A stretch of 64,000 bases of DNA, taken from positions 203,647 through 267,646 of the forward strand of contig CP064982.1 of the NCBI GenBank assembly GCA_016699595.1, given 5' to 3'. A program made the translations under genes and the position numbers. Source of the DNA: a bacterium (GTDB lineage Bacteria > Patescibacteriota > Dojkabacteria > GCA-016699595). Under the pieces are notes generated by a model, which was not told the DNA's origin, searched no databases, and saw only the letters and a program-made list of their open reading frames with translations. Below are positions 10,713 through 21,400 of this stretch, one piece after another (positions within the stretch are counted from its first letter, which is position 1; each line of letters opens with the position of its first letter).

Positions 10713-11330
10713 CTATTTCTTTGAAAAAATAACTGTATATCTCCTATTACCTTCAAATTTTGGAGGTTGATCTATTTTAACATTATCTTTCAGTTTTTCA
10801 AGGATTTTATCCATTATCTCCTGAAATTTGCCTTGCGGTATTCTTCCTCCTTTAGCTCGAATTTCTACTTTCACAGGCATTCTTTTCTCTGTAAATTCAA
10901 TGGCTCTTTCAATCTTTTGGTCCAAATGACCTGATGATGAGTTAATCCCTATCCATAAAACTTTTGTTTCAGTTGTATGTTGTTTCTGTTCAGATTGTTT
11001 CTTTTTTACTTCATATCGAAATTTATCCCAACTCACAATCCTACAAACAGGTGGCTTTGCATTTGCAGAAATTTCAACTAAGTCAAGTTCTTGTTCAGTT
11101 GCAATTCTTCTTGCTTCATCTGTAGACAAAATCCCCAAATTCTCTCCATCACTATCAATTACTCTGACCTCTGTTGCCAAAATATATTCGTTTCTATTAA
11201 AACCATATGTATTTTCTCTAGCTTTAAATGGCTTGTTGAATCTTGGTTTATAGTTCGGATTATAATTGTTTCCTTTGTAATTCGAATTCTGTTTGAAATT
11301 ATTTGAGAATGAATTGTTACTCTTATACAT
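10713..11330 (-). CDS. infC: translation initiation factor IF-3 with an N/Y-rich N-terminal extension
   Basis: Core NEYILATEVRVIDSDGENLGILSTDEARRIATEQELDLVEISANAKPPVCRIV is characteristic of IF3. The first ~45 aa are a low-complexity N/Y-rich extension, so the true start may lie downstream. Confidence 0.85.
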   Translation of the reverse strand: MYKSNNSFSNNFKQNSNYKGNNYNPNYKPRFNKPFKARENTYGFNRNEYILATEVRVIDSDGENLGILSTDEARRIATEQELDLVEISANAKPPVCRIVSWDKFRYEVKKKQSEQKQHTTETKVLWIGINSSSGHLDQKIERAIEFTEKRMPVKVEIRAKGGRIPQGKFQEIMDKILEKLKDNVKIDQPPKFEGNRRYTVIFSKK

Positions 11331-11357
11331 TAATGTTAATTATATATTTACCTGTCA

Positions 11358-11915
11358 TTAATTTGAATAATTAAATTTACCAACGATAACTTTCGTAGGT
11401 CTCAGCGTTGTATTTGTACTCTTCATCATATAACCCTTTTGTACAATGAATCTCACAGTATCATCTTTTGATTCTTCATCTACATCAACCAAGCTTATAG
11501 CTTCCATTTTCTCTTCGTCAAATTTATCACCTTCACTTATATGCAGCTCTTCTATTCCTTGATTATGTAAAAATTGAAATATCTTTTCCCCCAAAATATC
11601 AAAATTTTGCACTACTTTTTGGACATCCTCTTCGTTTGCTGATTTCTCTCTTATTCTTTCTATATCATCTGACAATTCCAATAGTTTTGAAAAAATTAAG
11701 GTATTTCCCAAACTTCTTGCTTTTGCAATTTCTTCTTCAAATCTTTTTCTCAAATTATCACAATCAGCTAAAGCTTTCAACTTTTGATACTTTTCCTCTT
11801 CCAAATTTTTCTCTAAATCAGCAACCTTTTTCTCTAAGTATGTCTGGTCTAATGGAAGATTATTTGGTTCGGTTTGATCAAAGTCTAAGTTCGTATTACA
11901 ATTTATATCATCCAT
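11358..11915 (-). CDS. grpE: nucleotide exchange factor GrpE
   Basis: N-terminal coiled-coil with ALADCDNLRKRFEEE, and the C-terminal beta-domain motif TLRPTKVIVGK (GrpE ...LRPA.V.V). Confidence 0.8.
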   Translation of the reverse strand: MDDINCNTNLDFDQTEPNNLPLDQTYLEKKVADLEKNLEEEKYQKLKALADCDNLRKRFEEEIAKARSLGNTLIFSKLLELSDDIERIREKSANEEDVQKVVQNFDILGEKIFQFLHNQGIEELHISEGDKFDEEKMEAISLVDVDEESKDDTVRFIVQKGYMMKSTNTTLRPTKVIVGKFNYSN

Positions 11916-11932
11916 GAAAGTATTAATTATAA

Positions 11933-13501
11933 CTATTGTTTAAGTAAGGATTCAGCCTTAGCTGCAAATTCACCTGTATTGTCAAGATCTAGAACTTTTT
12001 CAAGTCTTGCTTTGTATGCTTTTGATATCTCATCAATTGAATCAGCAGTAGTTGAAAATTTTAACATATCTTTGTAAATTATGCCAATATAATAGTTCAG
12101 TATAGCCATGTCTGGATATTCTTTATCCAAATTTGACAAATCTTGAAAAACCTTGATATAAAAAGATGCATTGCTTTTATTTTCTTCTTTTAGAACATTT
12201 ATTTGATAGGAAGACCAAATATTATAGAATTTAATTAAATAATAATTTTCTGTATACCCATCAGCATTTTGCCAAAACCGAAGAATATCATCAGAGTTTC
12301 TATAAAGATTTTCATAATCATTCACTTTGTTGAATAATATATAATTTAGTCGCATATAGTTTGCAAAATCATCTTTTGATTTGCTCGCAAAATTCATCTT
12401 TTTGTAAACATTTGCAGATTGAGTGTAGAGATTTGCTCGGAATAGCATTTCAGCATAAATTTTCAAATTTGCATTGTTACTATCCATGAGTATAGCTTTA
12501 TCGTAAGTCGAAATTGCCTTTTGAGTCTCGCCTACTTTTTCCAAAGCTTGTGCAAGATAGATTTGAGATTCTGGTGTTGGATTTAAATCAAAACTTTTTG
12601 TTAGATCATTTATAGCATCTTGAAAATTATTAAGTTGATATTCAGCTATACCTTTTATCAAAAATCCACCATAATACTCCGGATTTTCAGCAGAAAATTT
12701 TTCAGTTATATCTTTTGCAAGGATAGATAACGAATGATTGGCCATATATCTTGCAATATTTATGAGTTTTTCATTTTGGCTAATTTCTTGATTTTCAAAT
12801 AACTTTCTTAGTTCAATAACTTCTTCATCTACATATCCTGCCTCAATTTTATCTAAATAACTTATTGCTGTAGTAGGGATAGTATAATTTGATAATGCTA
12901 AAACTATAAAAATTTCTCTTTCAAATTCTCCTTTGATATAAGAAGGATAGTCAATAACTATTTTGTTCAAATTTGTCTTTGCAGCATCAAAATCTGAATC
13001 CTTCATAGAGTAAAAGTAAAGATATGCGGATTTACTTAGATCAGTTGTTTTCACAAGATTTTCAACATTCTCAATGTTGACATTTGCCCAAAACTTCTTT
13101 GAATACAAATTCAAATTAGACATGTCATTTTCTAAATAATAGATGTCAAGAATCTCCATCATCAAGGTTAGACTTGAAGGATTTTTTTCTAATCCAAGTT
13201 TCAATACTTGCAATGCATCATCTGTTCTATTTTTAGTTAAGTAAATGTTAGCTAGATTATGATAAAGGTTCGTGTCGTTAGGATGTTTTTGGATGCCTTC
13301 TGCAAGAACCTTGGCAGCTGATGTGTAATCATACTTTTTCAATAATTCATTTGCTATATCATCATAATTCGTCTCTGTGATTACATTTTTGTCTCTCGTG
13401 AGAACAATAGCAGTGCCAATTATGAAGCCGAAAACTATTATTAAAATCAAAAATATAAAAAAAATGCTTTTGAAGTTTGATGCTTTGAATTTCATTTTCA
13501 T
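11933..13501 (-). CDS. TPR-repeat protein with N-terminal transmembrane anchor
   Basis: N-terminal TM helix followed by multiple 34-aa TPR-like repeats (AxxYxxAL..P.. patterns). Confidence 0.6.
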   Translation of the reverse strand: MKMKFKASNFKSIFFIFLILIIVFGFIIGTAIVLTRDKNVITETNYDDIANELLKKYDYTSAAKVLAEGIQKHPNDTNLYHNLANIYLTKNRTDDALQVLKLGLEKNPSSLTLMMEILDIYYLENDMSNLNLYSKKFWANVNIENVENLVKTTDLSKSAYLYFYSMKDSDFDAAKTNLNKIVIDYPSYIKGEFEREIFIVLALSNYTIPTTAISYLDKIEAGYVDEEVIELRKLFENQEISQNEKLINIARYMANHSLSILAKDITEKFSAENPEYYGGFLIKGIAEYQLNNFQDAINDLTKSFDLNPTPESQIYLAQALEKVGETQKAISTYDKAILMDSNNANLKIYAEMLFRANLYTQSANVYKKMNFASKSKDDFANYMRLNYILFNKVNDYENLYRNSDDILRFWQNADGYTENYYLIKFYNIWSSYQINVLKEENKSNASFYIKVFQDLSNLDKEYPDMAILNYYIGIIYKDMLKFSTTADSIDEISKAYKARLEKVLDLDNTGEFAAKAESLLKQ

Positions 13502-13557
13502 ATGATGAAATAATACTAAAAAGTTGGATACTTTTAAATCAAAATTTCTCTGAATGT

Positions 13558-14574
13558 TTAATTAACTAAAAGATATCCAAATCCAGCAATCATTGCAGCA
13601 TTGTCAGTGCAGAGTATTTGAGGTGGAAAACTTACTTTTATATCATATTGATTCATTACTCTAGTCATAGTTTCTCTAAGTTTAGTGTTTCCTGCAACTC
13701 CTCCTGCGAGATAAATTTGAGAGGCACCATACTTTTGCGCAGCTTGCAAAGTTTTTTGACAAAGTATATCAACTGTAGTTTTTTGAAAACTTGCTGCTAC
13801 ATTACTTTTTTCTTCTTCAAGTTTTTCAACTTCTTTCAATTCTTTCGCTAACTTTACTACATGAGTTTTCAAACCTGAAAAACTAAAGTTTAAATTTTCT
13901 TCAAATCCATTCCCGGTCATAGGATGTGGTAATTCAAATTTATTTTCATCTCCAAGTTTTGCCAATTTTTCTAAGTTTACTCCTCCAGGATATGAAAGAT
14001 CAAGGACTCTAGCAACTTTGTCAAAACATTCTCATGCTGCATCATCTACAGTTTCACTTATTATTTCCAGTTCAAATTTATTATCTACATTTTTGAGTAA
14101 TATCAACTGAGTGTGTCCACCAGAGACTAGAAGACAAAGAGCTTGATTTGGCAACTTCTTTGTAATGCTAGATCTATTATTTGCAACAACATTATCAGAT
14201 TCTTTGAATTCAAGAAAATTTGCCCAAACATGAGCTTTGAGGTGATCAACTTCGAGAAGTGGTTTATCTACTGACAATGCAAGTCCTGAAGCATAAGCAT
14301 AGCCAACTGAAAGTGCAGGTGGAAGTCCGGGATTTCGCGCAATTGCGATAGCATCAATATTATCAATAATTACTTTAGCTTGTTGTAAAGCCTCATCTAT
14401 AACTATTGGTAATCTTTCGAGGTGAAGTCGTGAAGCAATTTCAGGCACAACTCCACCATATTTTGCGTGCAAGTCAGCTTGGGAAGCAATTATATTTGAC
14501 CAAATTATTTGACCATTTTCAACAACTGATGCAGCAGTTTCGTCACATGTTGTTTCGATTCCTAAAATTAGCAT
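13558..14574 (-). CDS. tsaD: tRNA N6-adenosine threonylcarbamoyltransferase TsaD (Kae1/Gcp family), interrupted by one in-frame TGA at 14032-14034
   Basis: The track ORFs 14032..14574 and 13558..13965 are in the same frame. Read through, the sequence is ...TVDDAA[TGA]ECFDKVARVLDLSYPGG..., which matches the universal TsaD motif DDAAGEAFDK with TGA at the conserved Gly. N-terminal part: MLILGIETTCDETAASV...; C-terminal part: ...LAGGVAGNTKLRE... Confidence 0.75.
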
Positions 14575-14626
14575 AAAAAATCTTATGAAAAATTCAAACT
14601 ATTTAGTTAATATTATTTTTGTAAAA

Positions 14627-15274
14627 TCATTTGCCAATAAGTAACTTTAGTGAATTTATTACTTTTGGCATATTCATCATTCCCATTCCAACAGGATAAT
14701 ACATTGGAAAACATTTTATTTCTTTTTCTCCAATATTTAACATTTCAAATTCTAAATTTTGATACTTACTTACTGAAATTCTTTTATTCAAAACAATCGA
14801 ACTTACTTGATTACCAAATAACATTGTATTACTTGGGTTAAGTTCTGATAATTCTTGATACATCAAATCTAAATAATTTCTAAACACTTTATCTTTCAAC
14901 GGCTTGGCATCAATTTGTGTACATTTTGCCAAATTTGTCACATAAACTTTGTTTTCAGCTAAATAATTATACAATGACTTTGCAAATTCTGCTGTCCAAG
15001 CATCATTATTTTGAGTATTCTTAAAATATTATTCATTTAACATCCCAACTCTTTGAAATAATTTCCAAACATTTTTAGTTCCAATCCAAGGTGCCTGAAT
15101 TCCTGTCCAGCTTTTGTGTGAACTAATATTTTTCGCAGTTGGATTCATGAAGACAAAAACATATTTTGGATTTTCTGTGCAACCAGCTCCATATATTGAA
15201 TTGAAGTTTGTATCACCATGCAGTTCGTGTAACTTATCAAACTCGGAATGTAGGTGTGTTAGTTGAAGATTCAT
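14627..15274 (-). pseudogene. uracil-DNA glycosylase superfamily-like protein (divergent) interrupted by an in-frame TAA at 15029-15031
   Basis: Track ORFs 15029..15379 and 14627..14974 share one frame. The N-terminal part has an FVFMNPTAKN motif (compare G[IM]NPG / GEAPG) and the C-terminal part has VYVTNLAKC (compare [VI]YITNVVKC). The family call is low confidence. Confidence 0.4.
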
Positions 15275-16056
15275 AAAATATTGATAAACATAAATATTAT
15301 AACCGCAGCAATTCCCCAAACAGGCAACATTAATATTGATGTATATCTTCTCATTATTGGATAATCGAAATATTCCCAATGTTTATACCTTTTACTAACT
15401 ATTAAATTAATTGTATTACCAAGAGCACCTTCTCCTATTGATCCGGTAACGCTACCTATAAGAAATATAAATAAAAAATTGGTTGAGATATTTGTTAAAA
15501 ATACCCCCAAAAATATAATTGGTAAAATTATACTTAGAAAATATCTGCTAAATCTAAACTGTAAGTTCAATTTTTCATTGTCTAAATTATAAAACTTACT
15601 TAGTAGAAAAATTGTTGCAATCATTATTGAAAATAGCAAAAGAAGAAGTTTGAGAATTATTAGTTGATTTGGATTTATATTTAATTTAATTGCAGATGGT
15701 ATAAAATTATTAGTTGTTGCAATAATTAATAAAACGCCTCCAGCATAATATCCAATATTCACTAAGCTTGCATATTTAATCAAATCAAATGAATTATCGG
15801 CATAACTATATAATCTGTGTTTTTGAAATAAGTGATAAATATAACTAAACGAGTATTCTGCAATAACAAAAACTACTGACATTGAGATTGCTATAGCTGC
15901 ATTTTTACCGAAAAACATTAAACCTATCGAGATAAATAAAATATAATTCAAGATTGTAATAATAAAGTAGCTCACATTGAAGTCTAAATGTTTAATAAGA
16001 TTGCGATGTATTACGCTAGTTAATAGGTAAGTTAGGAGAAAAGTTAATGTGAACAT
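15259..16056 (-). CDS. polytopic integral membrane protein (about 7 TM helices), unknown function
   Basis: 261 aa, highly hydrophobic. The track ORF ends at a TGA (15271) that overlaps the ATG of the downstream UDG-like ORF in an ATGA arrangement. Confidence 0.5.
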
Positions 16057-16086
16057 GATGAAGATTTTATATATATTTGCAAAATT

Positions 16087-17241
16087 CTAACAAAATTTTT
16101 CAACCAACTCATTATAAAACTCTAAATTCTGCAAACTTGCAATTCTAAATGCATTACTATCTTTGATTTTGAATAATTGTCTTAGATATTTGAAACTAGT
16201 TGTTCTAAGTTCTTCACTTTTTGAGTTAGGATTTATCATTCTGTCATCATGTTCATATTTGGCTGAATTTATCCTGATTGTTTCAAAACTAGAACGAGAT
16301 GAATTATTACTACAATGATCACAGAGCGAGTCATTCCAAGTATAAATAGTCCCGTGCCTTGCGTTTCTAGTTGGCAATACGCAATCAAAAAGATCATAAC
16401 CATACTTCAAGCATTTTATAATGTCATGAGGCGCACCTACTCCCATTGCATAGTTATAAACTTTCTTCATTGGAGACACATTCAAAACATAATTCAAGCT
16501 ATTTACAAGTTCTGCATTAAACTCAGCAAGTTCATCCAAAAAACTTCCATCTTTATCAAGTGGCCAACCTCCCCAACCATAACCACCAAATCCGATTGCA
16601 GCAAGTTTATCAAAACAATATTTCCTTAGTTCAAAATTTCCTCCACCTTGAATTACACAAAAAATAAGAGGTTTGTAATTATTATCAAATTCATTTATTT
16701 CTTTTAGTCTTTTTTCAAAATAATCTTTACAAATCTTCGCCCAACGAACAGTTCTTTCAACTGATGATTTTATCCTACCTATTTCAGAATCTGGTTCAAG
16801 AGGATCATCAAGTACAACTATGACATCAGAATAAAGTGCAAACTGAATTTCAATTGATTTTTCTGGTGTTAGTTTATGGATACTTTTGTCAATCGGTGAG
16901 CTAAATTTGAAAAACTCGTCAGTTACTCTTCCTAAACCTCTTTTTGCGAAACTATATGCTTGAAAACCTCCAGAATCAGTTAAAATTCCACCTTGCCAAT
17001 TTGTCAAATTCCTAAAGTTATATTTTTGAGAATTCGTTAAATTTTTCAATTCTTCTAAACTCATATCTCTACCAGTTCTATTCAAATAGTTTAGATAATT
17101 ATGCAAAGTATTTGTCACAATTGCAGAAGTTCCAATTTGTTTTAGATCTGACCAAGAAACTGAATTTACAACTCCATAAGTTGCATCAGGCATGAAAAAT
17201 GGTGGATTTTGGGTTGAGAAATTATTTTTCAATTGATACAT
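16087..17241 (-). CDS. tgt: queuine tRNA-ribosyltransferase (tRNA-guanine transglycosylase)
   Basis: ILTDSGGFQ catalytic motif, MGVGAPHDII, and C-terminal QNLEFYNEL (compare HNLHFY). The Zn-site region is CDHC. Confidence 0.8.
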   Translation of the reverse strand: MYQLKNNFSTQNPPFFMPDATYGVVNSVSWSDLKQIGTSAIVTNTLHNYLNYLNRTGRDMSLEELKNLTNSQKYNFRNLTNWQGGILTDSGGFQAYSFAKRGLGRVTDEFFKFSSPIDKSIHKLTPEKSIEIQFALYSDVIVVLDDPLEPDSEIGRIKSSVERTVRWAKICKDYFEKRLKEINEFDNNYKPLIFCVIQGGGNFELRKYCFDKLAAIGFGGYGWGGWPLDKDGSFLDELAEFNAELVNSLNYVLNVSPMKKVYNYAMGVGAPHDIIKCLKYGYDLFDCVLPTRNARHGTIYTWNDSLCDHCSNNSSRSSFETIRINSAKYEHDDRMINPNSKSEELRTTSFKYLRQLFKIKDSNAFRIASLQNLEFYNELVEKFC

Positions 17242-17885
17242 ATGACTGTATAAAGTCGTAGATTTTTTCGGATGTATTTCAAAAAATCACCTTCTCCAAT
17301 TCTTGCTTTGCCTATTTCTCTAACTAACTTTTCAAATTTGATAAGTTCCATATTACCACAAATCAACGGATTTTTTATCCTTGAGATTCTGATAACCTGA
17401 GTTTCAACACTTGGCTTTGGTTTGAAATCATTTTTTGATAAATCCATCAGAATATCAAAGCCAAAATAATTTTGATATACAATTGATTTTAGATTATTGC
17501 GAAAAACTCCCATAAACATTTCAGCAACTTCTTTTTGAACTATAAAAACCCCATATTGAAAATGACTATTTTTCATCAATTTAGTCAAAATTTCTGAAGT
17601 AAATGCAAAAGGCAAGTTAGAAAGTACTTGATAATCAAAATCTGGCAATTCAAAATCAAAGAAATCAACATTATAAATATTCAGCTTTGGATAATATTTT
17701 TTGAGGTTTGTAGCAAGTTCGATATCTTTTTCTAGAATAATTGAGTGAGGTTTCAAAAATTTGCTGAATTCTCCGTGTCCACCACCTATTTCTAAAGTTG
17801 GCAAGGAAGAATCTTGATTTGCAAGAATTAGTTTGACTTTACCTGAATTTGTGAAAAAGTTTTGAGTATACTTCAGTGAAAACAT
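17229..17885 (-). CDS. rsmA: 16S rRNA (adenine1518/1519-N6)-dimethyltransferase RsmA/KsgA
   Basis: TQNFF (GQNFL), EIGGGHGEFS SAM motif, and VLSNLPFAFTSEIL (SNLPYnISTpil). The TGA stop overlaps the tgt start by 13 nt. Confidence 0.8.
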   Translation of the reverse strand: MFSLKYTQNFFTNSGKVKLILANQDSSLPTLEIGGGHGEFSKFLKPHSIILEKDIELATNLKKYYPKLNIYNVDFFDFELPDFDYQVLSNLPFAFTSEILTKLMKNSHFQYGVFIVQKEVAEMFMGVFRNNLKSIVYQNYFGFDILMDLSKNDFKPKPSVETQVIRISRIKNPLICGNMELIKFEKLVREIGKARIGEGDFLKYIRKNLRLYTVICIN

Positions 17886-18445
17886 TATTCAATAATTGTA
17901 GCATTTCCTAACCTTACAATTTCAAAATGGTTATCAAAAAGTTTGACTATTGTTGAAGGTTTTTGCAAAGATTTGTAGTGAAATTCATAAATAAAATCTA
18001 TTTGGCTTCTTATATCTTGTGGTATGTCATGAGAATTCATAATCGGATCTTCTCCAGAATGATTCAATGATGTTTGAGCAATCAAGCCAATTTCGTTGAT
18101 GAGTTCTGACAACCATTTAACATGTGTGACTCTAAAACCAGAATATCTTTTCAAACCATCTACCATAAATAAATGACTATCAACTTCTACGAGACTTTTC
18201 AATGGCACAACAAATGTCATGTCGCTGACATTATTTTTGTGTATGAAGTCCAATTGATAATTATTCAGCTGATATAGTTCAATTACTTTATCAAGTGAAT
18301 TGCTAAGTATAAGTAATGGTTTTGAATAATCTCTTTTTTTGATTTCAAAGATTGTTTGAATTGAATTATGATCACTATACCTGCAAAATAATCCAGGCAC
18401 AGTTTCAGTTGGACCGGCAAATACTTTATACTTACTAAAAATCAT
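17885..18445 (-). CDS. tsaC: L-threonylcarbamoyladenylate synthase TsaC/YrdC family
   Basis: FAGPTETVPGLFC...KKRDYSKPLLIL and PSTIV, the YrdC/Sua5 signature. Adjacent to ksgA and tgt, forming an RNA-modification gene string. Confidence 0.7.
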   Translation of the reverse strand: MIFSKYKVFAGPTETVPGLFCRYSDHNSIQTIFEIKKRDYSKPLLILSNSLDKVIELYQLNNYQLDFIHKNNVSDMTFVVPLKSLVEVDSHLFMVDGLKRYSGFRVTHVKWLSELINEIGLIAQTSLNHSGEDPIMNSHDIPQDIRSQIDFIYEFHYKSLQKPSTIVKLFDNHFEIVRLGNATIIE

Positions 18446-18471
18446 AATATTAGATTACCAGTAAAAATCAT

Positions 18472-21400
18472 TTAAATAACTATACTAACAATTCTACCTT
18501 TGACATAGATAAACTTTTTGATTTCTACCCCTTGCAACCATTTAGCTATATTCATATCTTGCATAACTTTTTCCTTCAAACTTAATTCGTCATCATCTAC
18601 ACTCAACTCAAGCTCTCCCCTTAGCTTTCCATTAACTTGTACACCTATTACCATCTTCTCTTCAGATATAAGTTTCTCATCCCAAGTTGGCCAATTTGTT
18701 TGATGAATACTAACCTCTTCAGTCTCGCTTAGATCAACAGATTCCACAGAAGAAGCAATATTAATTGTTAAATTATTGTATATTTCATCAGTTATGAATG
18801 GTGCAAACGGTGCAAGTAATTTCATGTAAGTCAAAAAGTCATCAATTGAAATAGTCATACCTTCTTGTTCAATCAAGTTTTGGAACTTCATAAACTCAGC
18901 AACACAAGTATTGAATTTCAATTCCGGAATGTTTGTAGTTACATACTTGATCAATTTCTGTAATTCTGCTTTGACTTTTGGAGTTGAGACATAGCGTACC
19001 ATTTTAATGACTGGCAAATAATGAACATTATCTTTCAACATATACTTGTCTTCTCCACATTCTACAAACCCGAATTTTCGGTAAAGGTTAATCGCATTGT
19101 TTCCACTAACTACCTCAAGATACAAATCATGAATTGCAAATTTAGTTATTATAACTTCCATAGCAACACCTCCAATTCCTTTAGCTCTAAAATCTCTATC
19201 TATGTATAGAACTAGTTTCCTATGTTGATTTTTATCTTGAGATAGAAAGCTACTTAACCAACCTATAACTTTTCCTTCTGATTTAATTGTTAAACTGATT
19301 TTTCTGTTGGAATTTGCAAACCTTGGAATAATGTTTGTTAAATCGGTACTTTCATCAGGAACTATCATTCCTTGAATATTTTTTAGAATTTCTATATCAA
19401 TTCCAGTTTCAGGACTTATATTATTATCATACCAACCTTCAACTTGAATTCTTCTGGCATCTCTAATTTCAGATTCTTTTATTGATTCAAAAGTTAAATT
19501 ATATTTTTGAATTACTTCTTGAGCCTTTTCTGAATAACTATCTTTGACATTAGTATTTCCCAATTGTTCAGCAAAATTCCAAACTCTATCAATATATCTT
19601 CTCACTCCAACTACGGTTTCTTCGCTCCAATTCTTGCTTTGCTCAAGCGGACCCATAAACATTTCATAAACACGCAATGTATCAGCACCATACTTCTCAC
19701 AAACTGTGCTAGGATTCACGATATTTCCCCATCGCTTGCTCATCTTTCTACCATCAGGACCTTGAATCATGCCTTGATGTCTCATTTTATAAAAAGGTTC
19801 GGAATAATTTATCAATCCTTTGTCAAAAAAGTATTTCGTAAAAAACCTAGAATACATCAAGTGCAAAACTATATGCTCTGGACCAATCATATATAGATCT
19901 GTTGGTAACCAAGCATTACAAAGTTCACTATCAAAAGCCTTTGTATCGTCATTTACTGACATATATCTCATATAATACCAGCTTGAATCTATAAATGTAT
20001 CGAGAGTGTCAAATTCAAATCGAGAGCCTACTCCGTAAAGTTCTTCAGCTAATTTTTTGTAACTTTCTGAATATGCAATTGGAGATTCTCCAGTTGGTTT
20101 AAATTCAACATCAGTTGGAAGTTTGAGTGGTAAATATTTTTCATCAACTGGTTTTACAAAGTATTTTTTACCATCAAATGTTACTTCTTTGAGTTCATTA
20201 TAATCTTTGTTTTGGGAATTATCCTCAGTGACAGGAATGTAAACTATTGGAATTGGACAACCCCAATATCTTTGTCTTGAGATCAACCAATCACGAAGTC
20301 GATAAGTTATTTTTGTGCTACCTATTCCAAGTTTTTCAAATTCTTTTATAATCCTTTTTTTAGCTTCAGGAACAGTTAGTCCATTCAATATATCTGAATG
20401 GATCAATCTTGAATTTTCATCATCTGTCAAAAATGGAAGTTTCTCACACCTATCAACTTCACACTCACAATTATCCTTGCAGTTATTACAATTAGGATTA
20501 TTACAGCCGAGATTTCCTTTTGCATCTATTCGTTTTATGACCTGAACTATATCACATCCGTATTTTGTTGCAAACTCAAAATCTCTTTCATCATGAGCAG
20601 GCACTGCCATTATGGCTCCGGTTCCATAAGTATTTAGTACATAATCTGCAACAAATATGGGAATTTCAGCTTTTGTCATTGGATTTATAGCCTTTATACC
20701 TTTCACTTCAACTCCTGTTTTTTTTATTTGAGATTCTCTTTCCAGTTGAGATTTCAACTTTGCTTGATTTTTATAATCTATAATGTCTTGATTATTAGTT
20801 ATAAAATCTTGCATTTCAACGAGCATAGCATGCTCAGGAGCAATTACCATAAAAGTTGCTCCATAAATTGTATCTGGGCGAGTCGTGAAAACTTTGAGAG
20901 TATTTCCATCGTTAGAACCTTCCGCTTCCGTCACCTTCCTAGAAGGAAAGATTTGAAACTCAACTTCTGCACCTTCAGATCTGCCTATCCAGTTCTTTTG
21001 TGCAGCTTTTGTGCTCTCTGGCCAGTCAACTTCATCCAAATCTTGGTAAAGTCTTTCAGAATAATTCGTTATCTTCATAAACCATTGTTCCATATCTTTT
21101 TGAAGAACTAAACTTTCACATCTTTCACACTTTCCATTTATAACTTGTTCGTTTGCGAGGACTGTTTGACAGCTAGGACACCAGTTTACAGGAGCATTTG
21201 CTCTATATGCTAAACCATCTTTGTACATTTGCAAGAAAATCCATTGAGTCCATTTATAGTAGTTTTCCCAATGAGCAGCAAGTTCATGAGTTTCCCAGTC
21301 TGTAGAGAATCCGACCAAATCTAGTTGCCGTTTGAAATTACTTATGGCTTCTTGTGTTGTTGTATTTGGATGAATACCAGTTTTTATAGCATAATTCTCG

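Noticed and set aside
13558-14574. Selenocysteine insertion at the tsaD UGA.
   Set aside because: The position is a structural Gly in all TsaD/Kae1, no SECIS-like hairpin is evident immediately downstream, and no sel genes are in the window.
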